A DNA stretch of 64,000 nucleotides. It comes from Antedon mediterranea (Eukaryota > Animalia > Echinodermata). This document shows, piece after piece, positions 36,201 through 51,200 of the stretch (positions within the stretch are counted from its first letter, which is position 1; every line of letters starts with the position of its first letter). Below the pieces are notes generated by a model, which was not told the DNA's origin, did not search any database, and saw nothing but the letters and a program-made list of their open reading frames with translations. Both the position numbers and the translations under genes were made by a program. The stretch covers positions 19,516,795-19,580,794 of the forward strand of contig NC_092670.1 in assembly GCF_964355755.1 (NCBI RefSeq), in the 5' to 3' direction.

Positions 36201-39170
36201 AAACTATGTATTACAAACCAATTTAAGGCAAAAAGTAAAGATTAAAATATACATTCAAATACTTTATTATTTAATCTTAAAAATATTAATACACAATATT
36301 TGTATTGTAATAACTCAACATTTTAAATAGGCAATCAGTATTTTAAATAAACACTCAACCTTTTAAATGGACAATCAACATTTTAAATCACAACATTTTA
36401 AATACACAATGAGCATTTTCAATTGACAATGATTGAAAAAACCTAAGTATAGAAAAGACAACGAAATATTTTGTTGTTTGAAATAAATTAACTTGTATGT
36501 ACTGTAGACATACACCAAGTACAATGTTGGAACTACCTTACAGCAACTATCGGCAAAACATAAAATTACCTTCGAATATCAAATAACCGAAACATATGGC
36601 GGCAAAGATAACCAAGACGCTCAAATCAAATGAATACTCTCCCTTTTCCTGTTAAGTGGTTATCAGTACTTCCCTTTGAGATCATAATCCTGTAATGTTA
36701 TCTTACAGATCGTTATCCTGCATTTTATCACCTTGATTTTGAAAGAAATAAACACTAATTTAGCAGCTTGCTATACTTTTGAAACCTGTCCTGAAGTTCC
36801 TATTCTACCTATCCTGTTTCTTGATCAAAATGGTGTTGAGTATTTCATAGAATTCTGTGTAGGCAGCTACAGATACATACTGTATACATTATAGCTTTAA
36901 CAATTTAGCCAATTATTTTTAGAACAAATTCCTCCACCATGTGCGTATTACTGCAGTATAATATTTAAATTACTTTCACATTCTCTTAACTGTAAACTTA
37001 AATAGATCTTAAAAAGTTTAACATAGCATGATTTTGAAGTATATTATTTTTTTTTAAAACTCAGCATGAAAAAATATAGATAAAATACCTTCCGAATTTA
37101 ATGCTTTTCGTCTCAAGACTTTTGCTGTAAAGCCTGCTTACTTCCATTACATACAAGGCTACCTAACCTGTAGTGTATGATCTATATCTTAATATTAATT
37201 TATAATCTCAGGCTTTCCTTTGTACATAAGGAAGTTTATACTAGACACACCTTTAACACAACACTCCATTGAAAGTTAATATTGCAAAAATATACAAAAA
37301 AATCTATTGATGCACCCAGCCAATCAATGATTAAATACTTCAAACATATGGTCAAACTATGGAATTTCTCTATAGTCAAACAGAAAAGTTATGTTCACTG
37401 GTTTAGCATGTACAATACTAAAGTTATTCATGCATTTTTAAACAAATATGAGTATTACTTTAGGAGTAATGTTTCACTGACACTGGACAGGGCTACTGTA
37501 TAAAAAAACAACAAGGGGCATACGTGTCATGCATTAAGACCTAGTTGTTCACTTATTAAATAGGAAACTAGGTAGCTAGTATCAGTATGTGATTAGAATT
37601 CTTTTTATGGCTTTGAAGTACGTTCAGAGTGGTTTAAATGAGTTTTTCTCCCACTAAAGAATATTACATTTGTGGCATACAAAAATGCAGGCTAGGAAAA
37701 TCTACAACATACTAGCAATCATAGTGGTCTACTGGTAAACAAAATGTAGGGTAAGGGTTGAAACAAATGCATTATTTTCATAAATAAAGACAATATTAAT
37801 GCTGTATGACACACAACTCTGGTGTTTAGATTAATCATGAGTTCTCTGGTATTGTAAGATGAGTGACAGTTGTAATTATATAGGTGTGTTGAAGATGGCC
37901 TGACAACATAGAACAATTTTACTTTTCATTCTCAGTTCAAGGATATATTCAAGGAACAGATTTACATTCTTGAGAAGAATGAACAACTTAACATTAAAAA
38001 AAATATAATGTCACTCTGCACAAAATTTAAAACCATGTATTAAGATAGCAAGGATGCTTAAAAACACAATATAAAATACATTAGACTACAAATTTTAAGA
38101 CATAATAAAGAAAATAAAATAAAAAATAAATTCTGTTGAGCTACTGTAACTGAACAATATTGGACCACCCCAATAATATCATGTAATGTACCCAGGAATT
38201 TTGCACAAATGTTTTTTCTCATTAAAAGGATGGGGTTACAAAAACCTACAGATTTTTGAATTTGTGATTATGAGTTGTGAGTATGACAATATTTCAGGCG
38301 ACATGTAATTTAATATCATCAAAGGATGGAATATTGCCTGCTCATGTATTTAGGTATTATTTTAAATTAATTACATTTACTGGTTAATGGAGAGCATGAA
38401 TAATGGATGTTGTTAATGCATAAATTTCTATTATTTGCATGCATACTGTACTTTACAAAGAAGTTTAACGATTTTAAAGTAGGCTACTTTGCATGTAAAG
38501 GCGATTGTCTGGTTGGTACATAGTGCTCTACAACATACAGTACTGTACTGTAGAAGATTTTCTATTATTTTTAACTGTATAAACAATAATATAGTAATTA
38601 ATGGTTTTATAAGTGTTTTACACTTTTATAGAGTTTAGATGAAGAACAGTTATTATGGAAGTATACATAGGTGGGTAAGCTTTATGATGTTGGTTAGCCA
38701 GTTTATAGATTCTATATTTTATTTTATCTAGAAATCTGTTTTTACATCTTAACAGATGGAGTAAAAGTCATTAAAAACGAAGACATGGCAGAGATAATTG
38801 TTTTCATTCCGTATAATTTCAAAACTTGTTTTTATACATAAAAAAATGCTTTTCTGCAAAAAATATCACATTCACAATTTGCTTTAATGTTCATTTTAAA
38901 ATAGCATGTATCAGGATCATTAGTATCATATTAAAACAAAATATTTTTAAAACAATATAAATGCAGATCTTTCTAGACCTAGTAGGCCAGCCTAGAAAGA
39001 GAGCCTGATGATAGAGTTATTTAAATAGTTAATTTCATACAGTATAATTTATAAATAATATTAATAAGTAATATTTTACTAATAAATTATTGTCAAGAAA
39101 TAGGTATTAAAATTGCGGAAAATATACTCCACTTTTTATAAAACCACAACATGACATATATTAATATATA

Positions 39171-39979
39171 TGTTATGCGCGATTTGAACGATTTGCGCAA
39201 TTTGAAATTGCGCAAAAAAAATCCTTGCGCAATTTGAATTGAAACATGTGTTTCAAATTGCGCAACCAACGTATTAAATTGCGCAAGTAATCTGCAAATT
39301 GCGCAAGGTTTTTCGACAGATTGTGAAATCATGCACACCCATATTTTTATAGTATTTAATTTCTAAGAATGATTCAAAATTAAAGATAAATATCACATTT
39401 CCTTATTTTAGTAGTGCAAATATTGTTATAAGTTAGCATACCGTCGAAGAACCGACGAAGGAAAACGAAGCGGTGGTGTTCCACCAGGCGGGCGCGGCGC
39501 GGGCGGCCGGCTATACTAGGCCTACTCTAGCCTAGCTAGGGTCTGGACTACTGATACTGACTAGGTTACATGGCCTAGCTTAAACTAATATTAAAAACTT
39601 AAAAAGTGAGTATTAAACATTATCTTCATTGAAATGGTCTTATTTATATAATAAAATACTAAATTTTAAACTCCTCTGCCTAGGCCTAGCCTAGCCATGT
39701 ATGGGAAAATTTACAGTTCGTTTTCAAATTGCGCAAAGGTGTCATATTGCGCAAGAACTATCTTGCGCAATTTACAAATTGTGCAGCGCAATTTAAAATT
39801 GCGCAAAGATTTTCTTGCGCAATTTGAAATTGCGCAAGTTGATTGCGCAATTTGAAATTGCGCAAAAAAATCCTTGCGCAATTTTAAATTGCGCAAGAAT
39901 TCTTTGCGCAATTTCAAATTGCGCAAGGATTTTTTTGCGCAATTTCAAATTGCGCAAATCGTTCAAATCGCGCATAACA
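39171..39979 (+). mobile_element. Non-autonomous Ginger-like DNA transposon (TGT...ACA termini, 4-bp TSD TATA)
   Basis: TIR TGTTATGCGCGATTTGAACGATTTGCGCAA, subterminal TTGCGCAA arrays, and TATA on both flanks. Confidence 0.8.
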
Positions 39980-41177
39980 TATACATACAAACACTAGTGA
40001 ATATCCTGTTGGTTGCCTACTGTCGCAGCTAGGGCGAACTGACCTTTATTTGGATTTATGAAGACAGCGGGAAGTCTTGTTCTCTTCCTACATAATAAAT
40101 TGTCTAGGAGGAGGTAATAGGCCTAACTAAGTCTCTACTCTAGGCCTAGCTAGAGCCTAGATGCACTCGAGAAATAAACAAGAATTTATTAAGCTATCCC
40201 CTTTGTAAATAATTTGTTAAAAGGCTATATTAAACTATTGAAGAAATACTACACTTACCTCTGTTGGATCAAACACTGCAGACATATATCATAATACAAT
40301 AATTGATTATAAACTTCGATTTAAAACCTTCTTCCCCATTTCTTTCATCACACACACGTCTCTATTGTTTTTATAGTCATAGTCTTCAAATGTTAACCAT
40401 AGAACCGATGCATATATGAATTGAACTTAAAACTGTAATAAAATCGTGTTAGTTCGGAAATTTATCAGTTATGTCAGAATTATCAACGTGTGACGAAAAA
40501 AAAGACGTGACTTTTCTGCGACGCGACGTGTTTTAAGTTTGTTTTGCTCATCTAAATTGTTCTATTATTATCTTGTAAACACGTTATTAAAGAATAATAT
40601 GGCTTTAGTTTAATTATCATTCATTTAATTATAATTTAAATTATAAAATCTGTAGTATTTATAGTTATAAAATCGAGGCAGGCGCAGCATAGCTAGGCCT
40701 AGTTTAGCAGTAGATGCTACATAATAGAGATATAGGCCTAGAGAGCAACCTCAGCCCCTGGCATTCATTGTCGAATGAGAGGAAGCATTCGATTGAGGCT
40801 AGGCCTAGACCTATATGGAAATTCGGGGCTAGGCCTATGTGGTGATTGTCACCCAATTATAGCCTCTTTCCCTACTAAACTGCATAAGTAGGAGGGTGAC
40901 GGATAAAAATATAATAATAATAAATATGTTCTTAATCTTAAATTATAAAAAAAAATGTATTTATTAAAATGTATTTCATTATACTTTAGTTAGGCTATAT
41001 ATAGGCCATGGCCCATACATACCGCCTAGGTCTAAATAATTTATAGGCCTAGTGTTTTCTCCATGGATGTATGCTTTGGTGGTCATATTTTTTTCCTCAC
41101 TTCCTCACTATTATTACTAAAAGTTAAAAGGCCGTTCATCTTTATAATAACAACTAAAGCTAAACTGACGATGTAAC
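39980..41177. promoter_or_regulatory. Probable bidirectional promoter region of HS3ST and DUS1L
   Basis: The genes diverge from here. A minus-strand donor GAG|GTAAGT lies near 40259 and a CpG-rich patch at 40485-40530. The DUS1L ATG is preceded by a splice acceptor, implying an upstream untranslated exon. Confidence 0.45.
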
Positions 41178-41946
41178 TGTTATGCGCGATTTGAACGATT
41201 TGCGCAATTTGAAATTGCGCAAAAAAATCCTTGCGCAATTTTAAATTGCGCAAGGATTTTTTTGCGCAATTTGAAATTGCGCAATCAACTTGCGCAATTT
41301 CAAATTGCGCAAGAAAATCTTTGCGCAATTTTAAATTGCGCTGCACAATTTGTAAATTGCGCAAGATAGTTCTTGCGCAATATGACACCTTTGCGCAATT
41401 TGAAAACGAACTGTAAATTTTCCCATACATGGCTAGGCTAGGCCTAGGCAGAGGAGTTTAAAATTTAGTATTTTATTATATAAATAAGACCATTTCAATG
41501 AAGATAATGTTTAATACTCACTTTTTAAGTTTTTAATATTAGTTTAAGCTAGGCCATGTAACCTAGTCAGTATCAGTAGTCCAGACCCTAGCTAGGCTAG
41601 AGTAGTATAGCCGGCCGCCCGCGCCGCGCCCGCCTGGTGGAACACCACCGCTTCGTTTTCCTTCGTCGGTTCTTCGACGGTATGCTAACTTATAACAATA
41701 TTTGCACTACTAAAATAAGGAAATGCGATATTTATCTTTAATTTTGAATCATTCTTAGAAATTACTATAAAAATATGGGTGTGCATGATTTCACAATCTG
41801 TCGAAAAACCTTGCGCAATTTGCAGATTACTTGCGCAATTTAATACGTTGCTTGCGCAATTTGAAACACATGTTTCAATTCAAATTGCGCAAGGATTTTT
41901 TTTGCGCAATTTCAAATTGCGCAAATCGTTCAAATCGCGCATAACA
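41178..41946 (-). mobile_element. Second, inverted copy of the Ginger-like element (4-bp TSD TAAC)
   Basis: Near-identical reverse complement of 39171-39979, with TAAC on both flanks. Confidence 0.8.
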
Positions 41947-42020
41947 TAACCATCCATGTTGATTTGGGGTATAATGAAGGACCATTTTCATAATGTGGCT
42001 GATTTTGTTTATTGTAGAAT

Positions 42021-45000
42021 ATGGAAAAACTGGAAGGATACGAGTTCTGGAAGACGACCTTGAAAGAAGCAAAGCTGGTAGTAGCCCCAATGGTTGATCA
42101 AAGTGAGCTGGCTTGGCGATTGTTAAGCCGGAGGCACGGTGCTCAACTATGCTACACCCCAATGTTTCATGCCTCGGTCTTTGTAAGAGATGCTCATTAC
42201 CGACGTGAAAATCTTGTTACCTGCCCAGAAGACAGACCTCTAATAGTACAGGTAGAGATATATACACATATGATCTTGATTTGTCTATTGGATGGATCTA
42301 AAGTATAGGAAAAGTTTACTGAGAAGTCTATTTCGTGCCTACTGTAGCTTACCTGGATAAACCAACATAGACCTGTTCTGGAGAAGAAACATAACTTAAA
42401 AATTAACAACAACTTCAAAACAGCTTTAATATGGGTGACCCTACATATACCTCAACATTTCTTTTTGAGACATTAACAATTTTGGTAGATTAACCTGCAC
42501 TTAATGTACAGTATATAATTTTCTATTCCATAGTTTTGTGCAAATGACCCAGAAACCTTTGTGAAAGCAGCAAAATTAGCAGAACCATATTGTGATGCCA
42601 TTGACCTAAACCTAGGATGCCCTCAGTCAATAGCAAAACGAGGTAAGGTCCTCAATACAGCATACTGTAGGCTCAGCACCAAATAACATTATATTATATC
42701 AAAAGCTCCTCTTCATTGTTTTCCCTATCAATGCATTCACTAAAGCTCTGTCTACACTATCAAACTAGTTTGAGCAAAAAAAGTGTAATGTGCCCAAATG
42801 TGGTAGTGATATGATGTCATTGTGTCCATGGGCACATCACATTTTTTGTCACATAAAGTTTGATAGTGTAAACAGAGCTTAAACCTTCTTTATAACTACA
42901 ACTACCAACATTTATTTATACTTCAATTTCCTGTAGGCCACTATGGAGCGTTCTTACAAGAAGATTGGGATCTTATATCAAAAATGAGTAAGTATGAACA
43001 GGTTATAATAGATGAAAATGGCAAGATCAGTTCAGGTTATAAGATGTTATGTTTACAGGCATAGGAAGTTAAGTTATCAAAATATATTAATGGCCCATTG
43101 TGACCACTGAGGTTGCTATTTAACCTTCCTCCTTAGCACCCAACACTAAACAGTCCCTATAATGTAGTAAAATAGGAACTGTTGATATTATATATTCAAT
43201 ACCCTTCGTTGTCATTAGACATAACATGCTCCACTATTTTGTGCCATTTATTCTGAAACATGTTGATACCTTGTTATAATGTCATAATTATAAACTAAAA
43301 TTCAATTTTGAGCACATCATTTAGTTTTGTAATCATTGATTTATTAGTTCAGTTAGCCCACAAGGAATTAAGTGTGCCAATTACAACCAAGATCAGAATT
43401 TTTGAGGAACAGACAAAGACAGTTGAGTATGCAAAAATGCTTGTGAAAGCTGGTTGCCAGCTTCTGACTGTACATGGTAGAACAAGAGAGATGAAGGGAC
43501 CCACGACTGGAGTGGCAGATTGGAACAGCATCAAGAAAGTCAAGTGAGTTATAATATTTAGGATGAAAATATGAAAATATAAATGCAAAGGAGAGCCCTA
43601 ACCATTACCCTATCAGACACCCTTTTTTTTTTTATTGATTATGAATGCATTTCTTAATTACTTTACTTGGCAATATAGAAGTAGAGTAATAATAATAATT
43701 GCTTTGTTTGTTTGTTAGCAGGATAGTGCCTACAATTTTGTTATTCTGAATTTTTCGGTGTAAATACATAGGATACAGAATATGACTAAATGAAATTCAA
43801 GAAAATTGGTTCATTTATAACTTCCCAAATAAAAAAAAAAATAAAAATTTGTATTCTTTTAACATGGACCAAAATATAGACATGCGCTCTCTGTGGCAAT
43901 ATTTTTATTTTTTTATTCACTCACTTTCCGAGTGCTTTAATTTTTATTTTTAGGGAGGCTATATCTATACCTGTTTTCTCAAATGGCAATCTTCAATATT
44001 ACGCTGATGTTCAGAGATGTCTGGATGAAACTGGAGTAGACGGAGTCATGTCAGCTGGTAATTGATAATTTTAAGCTTCTTATGCTTATTCTATTCAGGA
44101 ATAAGTTTGATGTACTCTATATCTTTTCATTGTTTTAACTATACCAAACAAAGGGAATTTCCATTTTAAATGGCAAATAATTTCTTGGATCTTATTTGTC
44201 ACAATTTCACTGTATTAACTTTTTTTCTTTAGAGGGCAATCTGTACAATCCTTCAATATTCGAAGATAAAGACCCCCCAGCTTCGTGGGAAATGTCAGAT
44301 GAATACTTATCTATTGTTGAAAAATACCCTTGTTCTTTGTCTTTTGTCCGAGGTCATCTTTTTAAACTGTGGCATAAAAGGTAATTTTTTATATAGTTCA
44401 CATCATTTTCTTATTTCATAACAAATGGGACTTGGGAACTAGTTACATTATGTTAATTCATTGTGTGCATATGGAGACATTGGTGTTCTTTATACCCACT
44501 CTGTTCTTTGACACAAAATGTGTATGTCATAGGTCATCACAAATCAAAAGCTCCCTGGGAGTTAGGTCATTGCAGTACAAAGCTCCCTGAGATTTAATCA
44601 TATTAATTTGTTCCTTTTACTAATTAAGGTTTTCTTTCTTTCAGTCTTGAGGTTCATTGCGACTTAAGAATCCTGATGGCCAGAGCTAAAAGTATTGCAG
44701 CTTTGACTGAGGTTTGTCAAGAGTTAAAAGAAAGGGGACTTAAAGATAAAAAATTAATGGAAGAATGTGGAAAAAGAGAAAAAGTTCCATACTGGATCTG
44801 CCAGCCATATATTAGACCAAGGTAAAGTAAGCGATTCTCCTCACTTACAGTAAGTTAGCATACATCGCACGCAATTTACTTCAACATATTTATACCTACA
44901 GTCCTGAAGTTACAGCAAAAAGAAAATTAGACAAAAACAGGAAGCGCCCACTTTTGACAGAATTAGATGGTCAAATTGATCTAACACTGTCCAGAAAGCA

Positions 45001-46063
45001 ACAAAAACGTCAAGTCAGACAACCACATAAGAATTTCAAGGAAAAAGGTAAGAACAAACTTTCTCGGGGGAGGGGGGTGGGGGCCGTGTGTAGTTTTACG
45101 ACCGATTTTCTAAGCACTTTGACTGTGACGTATAATTTATACATTTTATTCTCAAATTTCCACGTTATTGATGGATATGCTGGTTTTATTGATTTTTTTT
45201 TTCACTTCAGGAATGAAATTCTCTCCTTGTCTTGAATGTGGAAATCCAAAAGGTTTGAAATGTATATTTGATCTGTGTAAAGCCTGCTGTAAAAGGAAAG
45301 CACATAAAGCAATGGTTGACTGTGTAGGTAAGTATTTTGTGTGGTTAAGTTATTAAAAACTAATAGATATACCAATTTTGAGGTTTTAAGTTTGATATCT
45401 GTTTTCTCCTTTAGTAGTAGAGTGACCTCATTTATCATACTAATTTCTGCAACAAAATTCTTCTACTTTCCGTACCACATTCATCATGACATAAAACAAT
45501 TAATTTTATTATTTCGGTCTTTTATATAACACTTTCAAAAGTGGATCACAGATATACCATACTGAATTATAGCAAAAACACAATAACATTCCAAAGAAAA
45601 AACTAAACATTTACAAATAAATGTTTAAATAAAATGTAAAGAGAAGAAAGAAAATTATGGTATTTATTTGTTTGTTTACATTTGTTTTCTTTTTCCTGCA
45701 ACATCGGTTATATATTTTTCTTTTACTGTTTTAGGGCATAATTTACTCTTCAAGACAAAAATGGAAAGACGACTAATATGGGAAGCTAATCAGAAACTGA
45801 AGACAGAACAAAAGGAAGATTGCAATGGAACAAACTGTGATACAGAAAAGGGCAGCAAAGATGAAACAGATGCACCTCAAGATCTTGGTGACAAAGGCGA
45901 CAACAACAAGGCAAAACTAAACTCTGAAACAAAACAAGATCTATGTGAAACACACGACACTAATTTAACAATGAAATCTGGAACACACGAAAATATCCAA
46001 AAAGAAGAAACTGTCAACAAAGAACCAATATTAGATCAAGAACTGAAGGCAAACAACAAATGA
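42021..46063 (+). CDS. DUS1L: tRNA-dihydrouridine(16/17) synthase
   Basis: Exons 42021-42251, 42534-42642, 42937-42987, 43348-43543, 43954-44057, 44233-44380, 44645-44821, 44902-45047, 45211-45327 and 45735-46063. Motifs: [26 protein letters not shown] (catalytic Cys), LTVHGRT, NGN, and the C-terminal Cys cluster [12 protein letters not shown]...CKACC. Confidence 0.93.
42744..42879. mobile_element. MITE, AGCTCTGTCTACAC-TIR family (DUS1L intron)
   Basis: TAA|AGCTCTGTCTACAC ... GTGTAAACAGAGCT|TAA. Confidence 0.8.
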
Positions 46064-46455
46064 CAGGGCATATAAATTTTTAAATTTTACTAGCTCACAT
46101 GCCATTTTACAAGACCAAAAATATAAATTTTATATAGATGCTGGTATCAAATGTTTAACCTGAAATGGGTGCTAAATTTCACTTGGTTCGTGGAAATACT
46201 AAAAAATCAAGCCCTGATTGAATATTTGTTTAATATAAGTTTAATTTCTGAGGATTTTTAATAATTGCAATTAAAAAACGCACATGTTTAGGTTTAATAT
46301 TTAGCTATGTCTAACTCTTGGTAAGGTCTGTGAGAACAAATCATGTTAGAATATTATAGTTTTATACTACAGCTAATAAATATATTAAAGTAAGGTTTTT
46401 ATTATACTGTATATGGAGTTTTTTTAAAGGTAAAGGTATTTATTGTCATCCTCAA

Positions 46456-46754
46456 ATGTATTGTCCCCCTGAAAAATAATTAAAATAATATTTCATTTTA
46501 ATGTAACATAATAGTTATCTACTTTGACCAAATATTCGATTTAAAAAAAATGTATTTACCTGAAAAAATGTAATTTAAAGCAAAACAATTGTCAAATTAG
46601 AATTTTTAATTTTACCATTTATTTTGTCATTTTATAAGTGAAAACATGATTTTTTTTCCATTGAAGTGATTAACTTGATTAAAACTATAAAATAACATTC
46701 AAAGTCTGATTCAACTAATCTTCATTTTTCATGTTTTTGGGGGACAATACATCT
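46456..46754. mobile_element. Kolobok-like MITE, inverted relative of 2260-2607
   Basis: ATGTATTGTCCCCCTGAAAAA ... GGGGGACAATACATCT|TTAA. Confidence 0.65.
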
Positions 46755-46954
46755 TTAACTGGAAACTGAGGAAATTTCCGAAATGAAAATGTATAAATAT
46801 TAACAACATTTTCACACTAACAGAGAATTAAATGTACAGTATACAGTGTTCTCTTTAATTTATTGACATGATTACAACAAAGCTACTTCGAAGTAGTTAT
46901 TAAATGATCATGATTGCAACTATTATATAAATCTTTATTTGCAGTTACTGTTTG

Positions 46955-47252
46955 AATACATTTCATGTCTACTTCATACACACACACTGTCGTGGACAGA
47001 CGTAATGGTGCTGTAGTTGGCTGCTGATGACACCCTTAGGGGGAGCGGGCAGAAGAATACATTTCATGTCTACTTCATACACACACACTGTCGTGGACAG
47101 ACGTAATAGTGCCGTAGTTGGCTGCCGATGACACCCTTAGGGGGAGCGGGCAGAAGAATGTTGTTGAAAAGGTGTAACATCTAAGTCCACAGCGCCTTTG
47201 ATCACATGTTGCTGGAATTGGCGTTTACAAATTCGTATATATTATTATTATT
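46955..47252 (+). mobile_element. SINE 3' fragment with an internal tandem duplication of about 100 bp
   Basis: CATACACACACACTGTCGTGGACAGACGTAAT...GGGCAGAAGAAT occurs twice, followed by the same tail as 8623-8730. Confidence 0.75.
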
Positions 47253-47999
47253 ACCTACAAATAATGGTATACCGTGTTTATTTGGAAAAAAAAATATGTA
47301 TGCAATATAAAAATATGTAAAAAGAAACCCCTCTACTGTACCACATAATGAGGTACAGATCCAAATAATTCACTTTGCAGCAACCTAAATGACCATTGAA
47401 CCCAAATCCACTGTTCATGAAAGTTCTTTTTTTTAGTATAAGAAACAAAAATATTATATTGCTTTCCAATACTTATTCTATATCCTTAACACAAGAAAAT
47501 TAATACTTTGATCTTTCTATAAATTAATATATATAAATCAAAAAGTAAACATAATCTTAAAATCTATATATACACAAAATTAAATTAAGGAATGTTTAAA
47601 TTATAACAATTTATATTACCATTGCAAAAAGGTATTTAAAGTTGTTTAAACATAATTTTAAAAAATTAAATTAATAAGTACATAAAATAAAATGAGGATG
47701 TGTAATAGTATATATTTAGATAATTTGGTTTGTAATAGCATTTTAATTAATGCCATATTGTTACTATTTTCTGGTCTTTATGCTTTATACAGTTTGTTTG
47801 GACAGGAAAGTTTATTTTTCATAGTTAAATCATAATCATTGTTGTTACTTTGGGAGTACGGAACCTGAACTCTTGTTATAGTGATTAGGTTCACTTTTAG
47901 GTTCCTGCCTACTCCCTTAGTTTCTGTGTTTTGTTTGTTTGTAACTGGTTTTTGGCAATAAATAATAATAATAATAATAATATTATGCGTATTCGACTG

Positions 48000-48120
48000 G
48001 GCTGTTTTTGGGCAGATAATCAGCAGGTCTAGCCCCTCAAACTGTTTTAAAGCAGATAATTAGCGGGTCCAGCCCCTCAAACTGTTTTGAGCAGATAATT
48101 AGCAGATCTAGGTCCTCGCT
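48000..48120. repeat. Three tandem units of about 40 bp
   Basis: GCAGATAAT(C/T)AGC...AGCCCCTCAAACTGTTTT is repeated. Confidence 0.7.
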
Positions 48121-48287
48121 GTTTATATGCAAGTAGCGGGCTCCGAGTGACCATTTAAATGAATACACCTAATGCCTAAGATGAGCTTTTGGAAGCCTTT
48201 GAAACTGCTATTGAAGTATAATATGTTGAGGAAGATGCTTTGAATCTAAAATAACAAAGATTACTACTAAAACACATTGGAATTTTT

Positions 48288-51200
48288 TCATATTGACTGC
48301 GTGGTGTGTTTTAGTGTAAATTTAACAAGACTTAATACAGTTATTTGTTCTTTTTCTGGTAATTTGACGCTGTTGTTAGCCTGGCCTACTGGGAAGAAAA
48401 TTATTGTAGGATATGTAGAAACTGAAAACTGCCACGGAAGATCATTTGCATCACCATCAATTCTGAAATTGAATAATAATAATTAATAATAATCAATATG
48501 TAATGTTGTAATGTAATTTTGTTCATTTATATAGCGCCAAAGTGCTGAGAGAAAAAACATAAAGTTATTAGCAATTCTAAATTGATAATGCCTGCAGTAT
48601 AATATATTATAAATATTATAATGCCCGAGTACAATATCATAATTTGATTTGACTATATCGAGTTATTTTGGTAAAATCCCATGATCGATTTCTGTACTAC
48701 TTTAATACCACAAAATTGCAGCTAATACTGTATATCCTCAGGTATAACCCCATCCCCTACTTTATGTATGATTTAACAGGCATATCCCTGGGCATAGTCC
48801 CAGTATTGACTTTTGATCTGGATGTAGGCCTCTTTTTTTAGCCAGTTCAGAGGAGGTTTACGAGAAACGCTTACCAATAAATTTTTTTTCCTGAACCAGG
48901 CTTTCCCCGGGTTTAGTCGCATCCCTCAAATTCGGCCCAATTTCATGTTCTAGGCGGGTGGGATTATACCAGAGGATATACGGTAATAAATTTACTAAAA
49001 AAATACTGAGAAGAATACAGTACATACCTTGATACAAGAACTTCATGAAGACCAACGTTTTGTAATAATTTAGCAAAACTTAGGTAAAGATGGAAAATTC
49101 TAAAACATAGTCCACACCAGGGTGCATAGTACAATAACATCACGTCCTAAGAAAAAGAGTACAACAGGAATTATTAAAACATATCTTACACCATAATTTG
49201 AGGGTTTTTATCACATTTTAAAATTTAAAAAAAAATTTCTAAACAAAATTTGTCCATCTTCTAATAAAACTTGAGATTATTGTTATTGAAACTAGTACTG
49301 TACTGTACCAGTATAGTGTTATTTGTTAAATGTACCTCAGTACTTATCCTTAGAAATAATAAATATTTTTATAGCTCTGTCTACACTATAAACTAGTTTG
49401 ACAAAAATAGTACAGTAGTGATATGATGTCATCATGTCCATATATGGGTAAATCACATTTTTTGTCACATAAAATTTGATAGTGTAGACAGAGCTTAATA
49501 AATTTATCATATAAAATAAAAATTACTTACTTGTGTATTGTTTAAAACTATTTGATGAAATGTTTCAGTTGTAACCTCCTGTATAAATACATTTGACGAC
49601 ACACCTTGATGCGGGACGCCTACGTCCGGCACTGCTGAACTTCTTAAGAACCGTTGTAGGTCGTCGTTGGTAAATTTTAAGATAAAATTTTGTAATGAAT
49701 CCACAGATAATGTTGTAGTTGGTTGCAGAACATGTTGCATTTCATACTAAGGAACAAACAATTGAAAATCTGTTTAGAAAAGACAAACTTATTAGCACTC
49801 CCTTTGGATTTTTTTTTATTAAAGTGACACTTGCACATTAGAAGAACAAGGGGTTTCTCTTGACATTATGGCCAACTCCTTTCCTTTCGCCTAAAATTTA
49901 TAATTTAAATCTACGATACTTAGTATTGTATATTCAGGAATAGCCGCTCCATAGTCTCTTTGCTTTTCTTCTTTATATCTTATTCTTATTAACTAAAAAT
50001 TATTTTTACTAACAAACATTACTATTTGTATGCCTAGTGTGTAAACATTATTGACATAATTTCATAAACATGTTAATGTCGTACAACTACTCGTAACATT
50101 TTTTTCTCAACTTTCTATCATCTAAAAGTCATAGTTAGTCATGCCTCGGGTCACATTCTAGGGTCACCGTACAGGTAGGCTACTACATTAGCACTTCTAT
50201 GAATGGATGACTAGCCGGTGACAATAACGCTAGTTGGTCATACCCAGTACCGTTTTTTATTTTACGATCATTCGGGGAAACCACCTCACGACGATTAATA
50301 GGGGTTCTACTGTATTTTAAAACCTGCATTTATGGTGCTCTAGTATTTAATATTCCAAACAAAGAATGGATTTGATAAGGAGTACATCTACATTGATATA
50401 AAGTCAAAATATTGGAAAATGAAATATTGTAATGCTACCTTGTATTAGTTAATATAAGTCGAATATTCCTAAAGCTCTGTCTTCACTATCAAACTAGTTT
50501 TACAAAAAAGGTGTGATGTGCCCAAATATGGTAGTGATATGCTTAAATATGGTAGTGATATGACATCATCATGTAAATTTATGGGCATATTTTTGGTCAC
50601 ATAAAGTTTGATAGTGTAGACAGAGCTTAATGATTCCCTGGCTGAGTCCCTAATCCAAATAATTGTTAAAGTTAAAATGTCAATACCTGTTTATCAATAA
50701 TAACCGCTGATGTACTAATGTCATCTTTAGATTTTCTCAATCCTAGATGCTCTGCAATTGACCAGAACATATCTGAGCGAATGGCATAAAAATCTAGCGT
50801 TTTATTAGTCTTGCATCCAAGGCCCGTAAACTCGCTCCACCTATGTGCATCACTGTATGATTGTTTTCTATAAATATTATCTATAAATTTTTCTTTTGAA
50901 TTTGGATTAAATATAGCCTCTGTATTCATTCCACCATTACAACTGCAGGCGTGTATAGACTGTGAGTATCTATTTCGACCAATTAGATCAACCTTTTTGC
51001 AGCATACTCTTATTTCACTGAATGGATTGTAGTTGTTCAGCCAATTTAAACACAAACTTGGTCCTGAGAAAATACGAGTTCCAAAAAACTCTAAAGATTT
51101 TGAAAATATTGCAGAGTTGACTTTACAATTGTTTGTCTGAATTGCTTGATGTTGCGAGGAATGCTCACAAACTTCACACGTGTTATAGTGACTTAAATAC

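Noticed and set aside
39093-41430. ORFs with LRNFKLRK/AQFEIAQ repeats
   Set aside because: These are translations of the TTGCGCAA subterminal arrays of the Ginger-like elements.
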